Made by a program: the position numbers and the translations under genes. Shown in pieces: positions 51,815-61,538 of a stretch of 64,000 nucleotides of DNA. Within the stretch, counting starts at the first letter, position 1; each line of letters opens with the position of its first letter. A model generated the notes under the pieces. It saw nothing but the letters and a program-made list of their open reading frames with translations. It was not told the DNA's origin and ran no database searches. The DNA comes from Giardia intestinalis (Eukaryota): assembly GCA_000002435.2 (NCBI GenBank), contig CM018790.1. One strand, 5' to 3'.

Positions 51815-52446
51815 TAGCCGGGTTCGTGTGCCACTGCTCTTCCATCAGGCTGGTGTGTTGCCGCGAGCAGTGAGAGACAGCCGCTCTTGCTCTCTTGATC
51901 AGTTGGACCGGAGAAGGACGAGATAGGAGCACACCAACCAGAGGCCAGCTGATAGTGTAGTTCTCTCTGACTTCCATAGGAACAGGACCAGTGAGGGCCA
52001 GACTCAGACCGCACCTCTCTTGTGGAGTGATTGCTCGGGGCGCACTCCTGTACATTGCTGTCACTGTATCACTGACCCCGCCTGCAGGTGCGCTCAGAGG
52101 TCTCATGGGTAAGCTGCGCCCACTTCTCGACCGTCCGGAGACGATGGCTGGTTGTGGATAACATGACGAGAGTTCTCCCTAGTGATGCATCCAGAGCTCA
52201 GTGTGGTCCCTGATCGGCATACTCTGTCTGGGGCACTCCGCGTCGGCCTCCAGGATCCGGCCTGCTTAAGGCCATACAAGCCGTTAGTATGCCTCTCCTT
52301 GGCCTGCCATCGACAGCTCACACTGGGCGCCTTGCTCGGGTAGTAGCCAAGGCCACTCCAAAGGATGGCTCCGGATTGCAGTTAAAATCAGCTGCGGCTG
52401 TTGACTCCACTCCCTGTCCCAGCCACCGCAGAGGGCGCCCTAGGAG

Positions 52447-54567
52447 TTGCTAGTAACAGTGCAGTTAGCGGCTTTGCAGAGCCGATGGGCGCTGGTGGCA
52501 TCCCCGTGCTCAGCGGGGGCCTTCAGTGTTATCTACTCTCCCAAGGGATGCCCCCACCTCACTGTGAAGGAGATCCGGCTCGACGGTCTGGATCAGCACG
52601 GTGTGGATGCTATTAAGCGTAGGCTGGCCGCCCTTCTTAACATCTTTCACCCGGGTCCTCAAGTATCATCAAGTAGTCGAGGACGAGGGCCTCATCTACG
52701 TCGTCACGGACCGGCACGACAAGACCCTCGAGCACCTCCTCGCCGAGCACAAACGAAGGAAGACCCCCGTCCCCATTACTATGATCCTCTCCGTCATGAA
52801 GCAGGTCGCCGCCGCCCTCGCCTACCTCCACGGCCTCAGCGAGGTAAGTGCTAACAGGCTTGTCCACCGCGACCTCAGGCCTACCAATATCCTCATCAGC
52901 GCAGATGGTGAACACTTCGTCATCGCCGACTTCGGCCTCTGCAAGGACGCCCTGTGGAGTGGGAGTACTCTCATGGGAGTGGCGTACATGGCCCCCGAGA
53001 TTCTCCTCCGTAATGAGACCAGCCATGCTTCCGACATGTGGAGCCTCGGGGCCATCATTTATGAATTAGTAACTCTGAGGAGACCGGACTTCTTGGGGGG
53101 CAAGGAGCCGGCAGAGGTCTTCGTCGATGGGTGGAGACCAGACCTGAGCGGTCTCACTGATGGCTTCATGCAGAATGTTCTGGAGGGGATATTCGTATTG
53201 GAGCCAGAGAGGAGGCCGACGGCCAGGGAGCTGCACGAGACGCTCGCTACATTCGACATCCCAGTTGGTGAGTTGGGAGGTCAGTGCGTGATGCTGAAGT
53301 ATAAGTGCGGATCCTTGGAGGCTGCGCTGAATGGCGCTAACGCCAGGATCGCGTTGCTGGAAGAGGATGTTAAGATTAAATCTACTAAGATCGACGCACT
53401 TGAAGACCAAAGTAAGGAACATCTAGCTATGATTAAGGCACTGGAGAATAAGCTTGCACAGTTCGATGACAGGATGAACACGACTGACCCTCAGTCCAGC
53501 CTCTTTTTGTTGCCCGGGCTGATGCGTGCCGCGCATACGAATAGCACGGAGACCGTCTGGATGCTGCTTGAAGAAAGACTCGGTGTTGGTCAGCGCGACG
53601 AGCAGGGGCGCATCAGTCCCGTCGAGTTGCTTGTTGGGGAGGAGAACGGTCTCCAGGACAAGAATGGCTGGACTACCTGATGATCGCCACAGAGGAGGAC
53701 TATGCAAGAGCTGCCTCCCTTCTGGTCCCATATGAGAAGGACCGGATCGGCAGCGAAGGCAAGACGGCCTTGGTGATGCGGCAGAGGCAGGACATGGAAC
53801 CGTGGTGGAGGCCATCGACCCAACCGATGAGAATGGCATCACAGCACTCATGCGAGCTGTTAATAGAAACGACGCGGGGGCTGTGAAGGCAGTCATACTT
53901 AGCCAGAGAAGGAGGAAAACATACAAAGAGGTCACAAGAAGCGGATGGTACATGCGCAAAGGAACAGCTCTGATGATGGCTGCGGCAATGGATACGCAGA
54001 AATAGTAGAACTGCTAGCAGAGCACGAAAAGGGAGAGAAAGTAGGCGGTTGGGCCGCTCTCGTATTCGCGGCACTGTGCAATCGTTCCAATGACCCCCTG
54101 GTGGACTATATTGGGCACGTTGAGCTTTTGATGGAGTATGAGAGCAGTATCTCAGGGTGGACGGAGCTCATGTATGCAGCAGCACGAGGGCACGAAGGAA
54201 TCGTAGAGCTACTCGAGCAGGAGACTGGCATAAGGAACAACGAGCATCAGACTGTCCTCACATGGACGGTGTGCAATGGCCATCCAGAGTGTGTCAGACC
54301 CCTGCTGAAGGACGAAGGCGGCATGCAAACGACCAAGGGGGGATCGCCCTTATGAACGCAGCATATAGCAACGCCGTGGAGTGTGTAAGGCTTCCTAAAG
54401 AAAACGAGAAGGATCTGAAGACAACCTGCAGTTGCTATGATCACTCGCCCGGTACCACTGCTTTCGACATCGCTAAGAAGAAGGATCACAAAGAGATGGT
54501 AGGCATCCTCTCAAACGAGATCTACTCTGTTTCAACAATGTCGGCTTGCCAGCTCCTGTCCGAGTAA
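52447..54567 (+). pseudogene. NEK-ankyrin kinase pseudogene with multiple frameshifts
   Basis: Recognisable kinase and ankyrin segments: GAFSVIY...TVKEI (52447 frame), HRDLRPTNILI...DFGLCKD...YMAPE...DMWSLGAIIYEL (52601 frame), a coiled coil, then ankyrin units (GKTALV.., NGITALMRAVNRNDAGAV.., GWTELMYAAARGHEGIVELL.., GGIALMNAAYSNAVECV..). These are split over at least six reading-frame segments (frames 1,2,1,0,2,1), implying five or more frameshifts. The last codons and stop lie inside repeat copy B. Confidence 0.75.
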
Positions 54568-55525
54568 ACCCGTCCAGAGTCCGAAGCTCGGATGCCGTCC
54601 ACTCTGGAGAAGAGCCTTGTGCATCCCGCCTGGGAGCCGTTGGGTGCCCCACTATGCGCTTCGGGGCGTCCCTTCTCTCTGGTCCGTCGGGGTCAGCCAT
54701 CGTCTGACATCTATTGAGCTCCTGCTGTCCCGGGCCTGCCGTCGGTCACAGCAGCCTGGCCTCCACGTGGCCCTGGTGCTCTACGACGAGGATCGCACGC
54801 CACGACCTCGGGTGTCTACCCCGTTCCTCGGGTGCCTCTTTGTCTCCCCATGACGTGGATCATCGACCCTATTGTCGGAGGTGCGCTCCCCATACGCCTC
54901 CATCTTGGAGTCATAGTACGCGTTCGTGGATGCCGATGGAGTACTCCCATGCGTTGTGTCGGGGAGAGGTCCGGCCCTCTGCTCACGGATCGCAGGGCGC
55001 TTTTGCAGGTGGTCCGTCACCCAGCACGAGATCATGTCAGCGCTCACCCTGTGCAGTGCGTCTGGCTCAGTGACGTGTGGGCTGGTCCATCTGCACCGCA
55101 CAGCACGCTTGGGGGAATGATTCGGTCTGTCGAGGCGTCATCCGAGGCATCAGAAGCGATCAGGACCGGTTCGCCGCTTGGTTGTCCCGCTCGGCAGCCG
55201 GCACCCGTCTACTCGAGGGTGTCAGGCACTGCCAGCTGCTGCGGCAGACGCCTGGCGGGTGGCCCAGGTCACCGCTCTCCGGTGTGGGCAGGATCAGTCC
55301 GCCTCTGCCAACCAGACACCCCAGGGGCCCCATCTCTTGTCGAGGGATTCACATGGGTCACGTGTGGGTCCATCCCGGCCAGTGGGCAGTGATTGGTGCC
55401 ATCACTGGCTCCAGGCCCTCCGTTGCCTTCTCTATCGCCTCGGGGAAGGAGGCATAAATCTTCCCCGTCAGAAGCAGACGGCATCCGACTTCGGACTTCG
55501 GATTCTGGGTCTCGGCTGGTGAACA
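54508..55525 (+). repeat. GC-rich non-coding dispersed repeat, copy B; direct repeat of 3841..4885
   Basis: See copy A. The 5' end overlaps the last ~20 codons, the stop and the AGTAAAC signal of the NEK-ankyrin pseudogene. The 3' end abuts the Kelch gene. Confidence 0.85.
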
Positions 55526-55655
55526 AACGAGAGACTGCCAGCCTAGTGCGGCGGTGGCTCGCACGAGGGGGTTTATCCGGGTAGCAGTCGGCAAACCGAC
55601 CTTTTTGAACAGAGTAAATGGGAGACAAGTCTCAAAAAAGCAAATTGCCAAGGTC

Positions 55656-58448
55656 ATGCCAGTTTCCCTTTCTTGGGTTCAGGTTACTACTCCAGGAGCA
55701 CCAACTCCGCGCTACGGATGTTCCATGGTCCCAACGGCTGATGGGATTCAAATCTTTGGCGGCTATTCAACGCATTATCTCAACGAGTCTTTATCTTTTC
55801 AGTCACAATCAGAGCCTAAAAAGTGGCGTCTGCGGCGGCGATCCCGGCCATACCCTGCAGGGAGACGAGGACATATCATGGTAGGACTTGATGAATGCCA
55901 GCTTTTATTTGGAGGAGACTTAGGCTCCGCATGCGTCAATGATCTGTGGATATGCACTGGCAGCGAATGGCGTCAGATCTTTGGGCATTCAGATACAGGA
56001 TCTTCGCCTTCTGGTCGCTATGGCCACGCCGGCTGCGTTCAAAATTCGTGTCTGTATGTGTTCGGCGGAGCCGATCGCTATCAGCAAACGTCTATGTTTG
56101 GTGACCTTTGGGTATTGGATCTTACTACCTTACGTTGGAACAGAGGGCCAGAAGGCCCATCTCCAAGATATGGGCACTCAATGGTCACAGTGGGCAAAGA
56201 TATTTTCGTAATTGGTGGAATGACCCAGAGCGGACTTGCTGGGGATGTCTGGCGCTTGTGTGTCAATGAGAGTCATGCGCTGTCGTGGGTACAGCTAGAC
56301 CCTGTTTCCAAGACTCAGATTTTTCCGCCACGAACAGAGTTTTTCGCTACCGAGCTTTCTCCTTCCTCAGTGTTGCTATTCGGTGGTTCATCAGCACAAG
56401 CACCGCTTAATGACATGTGGATTCTCAATCTTAATACTCAGCAACATCTATACACTCCAGTCTGTCTTCAGATACCCTCTACGCTTCCCGTCCCCAGACA
56501 CGCCTTTGGTGCCATAACCACATCAACCGGTACCATCTCCTCTGCGCATGGGTCTGAAATAGCTGCAGAATTTGGAGGACGTGATCAGTCGTTAATCTGG
56601 CTGACAGACTTGGGATCAGTGTACACTCCTGACCATACCAGCAGCAGCTCCTACACATTATTTAATGGCTCATTTATAAAGCTATATATATTCGGAGGCA
56701 GAGGAGCAGATTCTTCCTTGAATGATCTCTGGGAATGTACGGTATGCTTGCTTGAAGAAACGGCAATGACTTACGGTATCCAGGAGACCAAGCTTACAGA
56801 CCGGAACAGACTTGCAAACCTTGGTACTAGCTTTAGTAATATCAACTATCCCCCCAACTCCGACATCGATCTTTATCGCAGCGGAGATTCGTTTGGAGAA
56901 TACAATAGCCGCACTCTTGGGGCACCAAGTACAGACATTTATATATCTCATTTGACTGAAGAAAGGTCTTTTCTATATGATAAGCCAAGCATTCAATTGC
57001 CCACTGATTCCTTCAAGCCTAACGTTCCACGGTTTCCTGAAGCACAAGAAGAGAAAGAGAAATCCTCTATTACTAAGCGTATGTCCTCTGCTAAAGACAA
57101 TGATGTACATAAGGCAAGCTTCATGGAGCACGCTAGTATCAATGACCCGTCTTTATTAAGCAACAATATATCTAGAGAGGATCACGATGCTAATGAGTCT
57201 ATAACTCCGTTTATTCACAAACCACAGCAGGCTCTAGTACGCGAAACTCTGAAGCAGCAGAGCCGCCCGTCATCTGGGGGGACCGGATCTCCTTACCGTA
57301 TGACCACATCCAATCCAGATCAGCCCGTTCAGCCCACAGATGAGGTGCAGAAGTACTTGCTAACTCAGATGGTAACCATCAATGAAAACCTTCTGAAGAT
57401 GGAGGCGGCATTCGAGGCGGCCGAACTGGCACGAAAATTCTCGGAGGATCTGGCGGAGCAATCCTCAGCTGTGGACGATCTTGCTCTAGCAGTTTCAGAG
57501 TTTAAAAATGATGTTATGCATGCCATTGAAGGCCTCTCTCAAAAGTTATCAGGATATGCAATTACCCAACAAGGACACGAAGAGGACATAGTTGAATTGA
57601 ATGGAAAATTAAATGAACTAGATAATCTAATTATTGAGCGGGCTAGTGACACTACGAGAGATGAGCTTTTTATGGAAATGCAAGTGCGAATTGCTAGTTT
57701 AACTAAGGAGAATAAAGCACTGACAGCCAGACTTACTAACGTAGAATCTTTGCTGATCGCCACAACACTTGCAAACAACCCCACTGACGAGATATTGGCT
57801 TTACTAAATGCAGTGGTCAATCAATCTGCAACTCTTCCTCTAGACATAACGACACAGCCGGTTACGGGTGTATCCAAGGAGAGCCTCAAGCCTGACACGG
57901 CTACTACCTCAGCATCGTCACAGGTCACTGGAGCAACACTGCAAGGTGTATTCGATGAGCTTCAAGAAATGGGAAAGAAACTCAATGCGCTAAGCAATAG
58001 TATTGGAACAAAATCACAACTCTCTATGCTGCCTAGCGATATTGGGGATGAGAAGGTTACAATTCAATTTGATCAACCCAGACAACGGGGCCAGCCACAA
58101 CAAGCTCGACAATTCCAAACACCGTATCGAAACGAACAGATGGCGCCACATTTTGACAGTCAACAGCGTATGCAACAAAGAGTAGAACCCAGGACACGTC
58201 AAGGTGCAGTAATCTCCCCCCGTTCAGCGGTGACGCGCACTTCAGCCATGTCACGAAGTTCCGGATCACTTTCTACATATGTAGCTGGGGAAGATCAGCG
58301 TGACACTGGTAGGCCAACGTCTGCATTTCTGTCAGCCCAGGGACGGCCGCGGTCTTTCTCTGCCTCTACTTCTCGAAAACCAAGTAATGAGTCACTTGCC
58401 ATGATAGCAAAGGTGCTTAATGCACCAGATGAACTTTCGGATGATTGA
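55656..58448 (+). CDS. Kelch-repeat protein with a long C-terminal coiled-coil region
   Basis: The ORF-caller start at 55554 is GTG; the first ATG is at 55656. Kelch units: IQIFGGYS, QLLFGGDLG..NDLWIC, GRYGHAGCVQNSCLYVFGGAD...DLWVLDLTTLRW, YGHSMVTVGKDIFVIGG and LLFGGSSAQAPLNDMWILN. The C-terminal ~350 aa are heptad-rich and acidic. Confidence 0.75.
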   Translation: MPVSLSWVQVTTPGAPTPRYGCSMVPTADGIQIFGGYSTHYLNESLSFQSQSEPKKWRLRRRSRPYPAGRRGHIMVGLDECQLLFGGDLGSACVNDLWICTGSEWRQIFGHSDTGSSPSGRYGHAGCVQNSCLYVFGGADRYQQTSMFGDLWVLDLTTLRWNRGPEGPSPRYGHSMVTVGKDIFVIGGMTQSGLAGDVWRLCVNESHALSWVQLDPVSKTQIFPPRTEFFATELSPSSVLLFGGSSAQAPLNDMWILNLNTQQHLYTPVCLQIPSTLPVPRHAFGAITTSTGTISSAHGSEIAAEFGGRDQSLIWLTDLGSVYTPDHTSSSSYTLFNGSFIKLYIFGGRGADSSLNDLWECTVCLLEETAMTYGIQETKLTDRNRLANLGTSFSNINYPPNSDIDLYRSGDSFGEYNSRTLGAPSTDIYISHLTEERSFLYDKPSIQLPTDSFKPNVPRFPEAQEEKEKSSITKRMSSAKDNDVHKASFMEHASINDPSLLSNNISREDHDANESITPFIHKPQQALVRETLKQQSRPSSGGTGSPYRMTTSNPDQPVQPTDEVQKYLLTQMVTINENLLKMEAAFEAAELARKFSEDLAEQSSAVDDLALAVSEFKNDVMHAIEGLSQKLSGYAITQQGHEEDIVELNGKLNELDNLIIERASDTTRDELFMEMQVRIASLTKENKALTARLTNVESLLIATTLANNPTDEILALLNAVVNQSATLPLDITTQPVTGVSKESLKPDTATTSASSQVTGATLQGVFDELQEMGKKLNALSNSIGTKSQLSMLPSDIGDEKVTIQFDQPRQRGQPQQARQFQTPYRNEQMAPHFDSQQRMQQRVEPRTRQGAVISPRSAVTRTSAMSRSSGSLSTYVAGEDQRDTGRPTSAFLSAQGRPRSFSASTSRKPSNESLAMIAKVLNAPDELSDD

Positions 58449-58514
58449 TCTCCGGTGATATACGCCGTTTGGACATGATGTAAATTTTCGAGACTTCAAC
58501 AAGCAAAAACTTAA

Positions 58515-60029
58515 ATGCGTTTTCTTTTCTGTGGAGATATCCATGGGAACGAGCAGCAACTGAGCGCAATTGTACGCTATACGTGGAAGCACAAGATTGA
58601 TGTTTTTGTTTTTCTCGGAGATTTTTCTCCCAATAGGTTTATGTACGAAAGCCCTCCAAAAGCAGATGCATTCAATAGGGACACGATTTTCCCCCTTTTT
58701 AGAGCTATCAATGCTAGATATAAGTTTGTTATGCCAGGTAATACAGACTTTGCCACTAACTCCACTATCTATGAGAACGAATTTACTGATCCTAGATTTG
58801 GCCTTTTTGAATACATTAGGCACGGAGTTCGGTACATAGACGGTAAAATTGGTGTGCTCTTTTCATCATACACTAATATATCTCCACACTCTCTCAAGGA
58901 CTCTGAGTGCGTGGATGTGGAGCGAGACAAAGTAATCCCACCAGGAAACTCCTCTCACGCACGCATGGGCACGCGCCAAACAACCCGTGTTATTGTTGAC
59001 TATGAAGAGTGTCCACGTTGTGGGCCGAACTGCATCTGCAAGGTAAAGGAAGACATCATTACTACACACAGAGATATAGAGCGGCACGCAAAGATCAAGT
59101 ATGTAGTCGCAGAGAGTCTTGCGGTTAAGGGTGTAATTAGCAAAGAACCAGATCCTAATGAGCTCTCTGATGACCCTTCCGTCGAGCCTATTATGCTCTC
59201 CGACGCCCTGGCATACAGCAAGAAGTACTTTGAGGTGGTAGATGTTATGGACCCTAGAACCCAACCGGAATGGTATCGAATTCAGCAGCAGACAACCATA
59301 TGCACCAAGATGAAAGCAACTCTTCTCAGCCTCTGTGGACTGTATGATAAGGCAGGCTATATGCAAGGTCTCAACCTGCCTCTAGAGCAGATACCAGAGG
59401 CAAATAATGTGAAGTTTGTGACTAATGAGCGAATAAAGAAGTTCGATGTTGTGGAGTGGCATAATGAGTGTTGCACTGAGTTAGTAGGTCGCTCTTTTGG
59501 AGAAGAGGAAACTTTTAAGTGGACAGACTCCAAGGACGCTTCAGGCACAGAGGTGTACATGCCACTACATTTGCGGCGTCGCATGCCGCCTCCTGTTGTG
59601 CTCTGGGCAACTCACGGCCCCACATTCAATACCACCGCTGATCGACTACGATCTGGAGACCATTGTGGAAGTAAGGGATATAGAAATATTCTCAATCTCT
59701 TGCCTTTTGAGTACATGCCAGACATCCAAATCAGCGGTCATATCCATGAGGCAGCTCGCGACGGAACATTCAGTTCATCAGAGGCGTTCACCAAAGACTG
59801 CGGAGACAAGCTGGTTGAGTTCACTAGTATTGGTAATGAAGGGCTTGTTGTCCCTTTCTGTCTCAATGTAGCATTCATTCTAATGGACTTCGATGATACC
59901 GGGAAGCTTCTTGATTACCAGCGCGTCGTTATCCCTGTTCAGCCGTACAGAGACAGTGAGGAAGCAGTGAAGCGTTTTCGGGCTAGTCTTTCTAGGGTAA
60001 CAAACATCAAAAGAGGCGACAGGGGCTGA
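58515..60029 (+). CDS. Calcineurin-like metallophosphoesterase domain protein
   Basis: N-terminal metal-binding motifs LFCGDIHGN (GDxHG), FLGDFSP (GDxx) and MPGNTDF (GNH[D/E] variant). ATG at 58515. Confidence 0.65.
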   Translation: MRFLFCGDIHGNEQQLSAIVRYTWKHKIDVFVFLGDFSPNRFMYESPPKADAFNRDTIFPLFRAINARYKFVMPGNTDFATNSTIYENEFTDPRFGLFEYIRHGVRYIDGKIGVLFSSYTNISPHSLKDSECVDVERDKVIPPGNSSHARMGTRQTTRVIVDYEECPRCGPNCICKVKEDIITTHRDIERHAKIKYVVAESLAVKGVISKEPDPNELSDDPSVEPIMLSDALAYSKKYFEVVDVMDPRTQPEWYRIQQQTTICTKMKATLLSLCGLYDKAGYMQGLNLPLEQIPEANNVKFVTNERIKKFDVVEWHNECCTELVGRSFGEEETFKWTDSKDASGTEVYMPLHLRRRMPPPVVLWATHGPTFNTTADRLRSGDHCGSKGYRNILNLLPFEYMPDIQISGHIHEAARDGTFSSSEAFTKDCGDKLVEFTSIGNEGLVVPFCLNVAFILMDFDDTGKLLDYQRVVIPVQPYRDSEEAVKRFRASLSRVTNIKRGDRG

Positions 60030-60210
60030 ACTGAATAGTTGAGCAGCAGAAGAGAGCAAAGTGAACAGGGCAATGAATTTGAGAGAAGACCGATACTCTG
60101 TCGACGACAGAGCGAAATCAAAAGCTGTGGTGTTTACTTAAGTGCCAACGCGTTGCGCAAAAGCACTCTTCAACCACCTTCTAGCCCAGCTGGAAAATCA
60201 CGGGCAGATG

Positions 60211-61503
60211 CTAGGAATTCCTTGGACGGATGGCGTCGGACAAATGCGGGATGATGTCCGAATCCACGACGCTGGCGTCGTAGAGATCAAGGGGTATTTC
60301 TGAGGGATCTTTAGGAAGGATATGAATCATAGAGTTGGCCTGCCCCTGTATGTAGCTATCTATAGTGAGGAAGCGTCTCTTTTCGTTGTCCCCAGCCACC
60401 ATTGTAATTGCAATACCCAGGTGTCCATAGCGGCCCGAACGACCTATCCTGTGCAGGTAAGCATCGGCAGACAGAGGTGTATCGAAGTTCACCACCACGT
60501 TAACCATCCTAATATCTATTCCGCGCGTAAATAGCTCGGTAGCTATCAAGAGGCGAGCTTGGCCATGAATAAAGTTGTCGTAGATACGAGAACGCTCTTC
60601 GGGGCTCATCCTGCTGTGCGTGTATAAACACGGAACACGGAACTCATCACAAATACTCCTGTAGAGCGCCTCGCAGCGCTGTACCGAATTGACAAAAACT
60701 ATACATTGATTGATCTTAAGGTGCTTCATCAGGAGAGAAAGGAGCTTGAGTTTATACCTATCTTCCTTAAGCATGCAAACGTATTGCGTAACACCTCTGA
60801 GCAGCAACGAGTCTTGCATGGCATTGACGTACTCAGGGTCCCTAAGGTGCTTGTCACAAAATTCCTTAAGAGAATTGGAAAACGTGGCACTGAAGAAGAG
60901 AGTCTGGCGTCTCTTATTCGAGCAGGCAGCGAGACAATTCTCTATTGAGCGGATGAAATTCTGTGAAAGAAGCATGTCGGCTTCATCGAGCACCACGATT
61001 GAACAGTCACGAAAATTGAGAATTTCTTCATCTATGAGCTGCTGCAGGCGTCCAGGAGTTGCCAGGACGACAAGTGGCTTCTCCCTGGCACGCTCGCGAT
61101 CTTCGGCTATCGAAACGCCTCCAATTGCACACATGATTCTGCCGGTGACATCTGGCATATTCTTCGAAAGAGTCTTAGCCACCTTTGCTGTCTGCATAGC
61201 CAATTCGCGCGTATGCAGAAGGACAAGAGCTTGGATGTGATCTTTCGCTGGATTGACCATCTGCAGGATGGGGATCAGAAAGGACCCCGTCTTTCCTGTC
61301 CCGTTCTTGGCACGGGCAACGACGTCCCTTCTTGCAAGGATATGGGGTATCGCCAATTCCTGCACTGGCGTGAGCTGCTGGAAGCCCTCTTGCGTTAGGC
61401 CCATGAGAAGCTCCTGCTTGAGGCCGAGGCTACTAAACAGGACCCCGGACCCCTTAACATCGTCGGTTGTGATGCGAGTATCTCTAGCACTTGTAAAAGC
61501 CAT
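60211..61503 (-). CDS. DEAD-box RNA helicase, Dhh1/DDX6-like
   Basis: AKNGTGKTGSFLIP (I), DEAD (II), SAT (III) and HRIGRSGRYGHLGIAITMV (VI). The last motif is characteristic of the DDX6/Dhh1 subfamily. ATG at complement(61501..61503). Confidence 0.85.
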   Translation of the reverse strand: MAFTSARDTRITTDDVKGSGVLFSSLGLKQELLMGLTQEGFQQLTPVQELAIPHILARRDVVARAKNGTGKTGSFLIPILQMVNPAKDHIQALVLLHTRELAMQTAKVAKTLSKNMPDVTGRIMCAIGGVSIAEDRERAREKPLVVLATPGRLQQLIDEEILNFRDCSIVVLDEADMLLSQNFIRSIENCLAACSNKRRQTLFFSATFSNSLKEFCDKHLRDPEYVNAMQDSLLLRGVTQYVCMLKEDRYKLKLLSLLMKHLKINQCIVFVNSVQRCEALYRSICDEFRVPCLYTHSRMSPEERSRIYDNFIHGQARLLIATELFTRGIDIRMVNVVVNFDTPLSADAYLHRIGRSGRYGHLGIAITMVAGDNEKRRFLTIDSYIQGQANSMIHILPKDPSEIPLDLYDASVVDSDIIPHLSDAIRPRNS

Positions 61504-61538
61504 TAAGCAATTTTCTTTTTAATTTTATTCACACTGAG

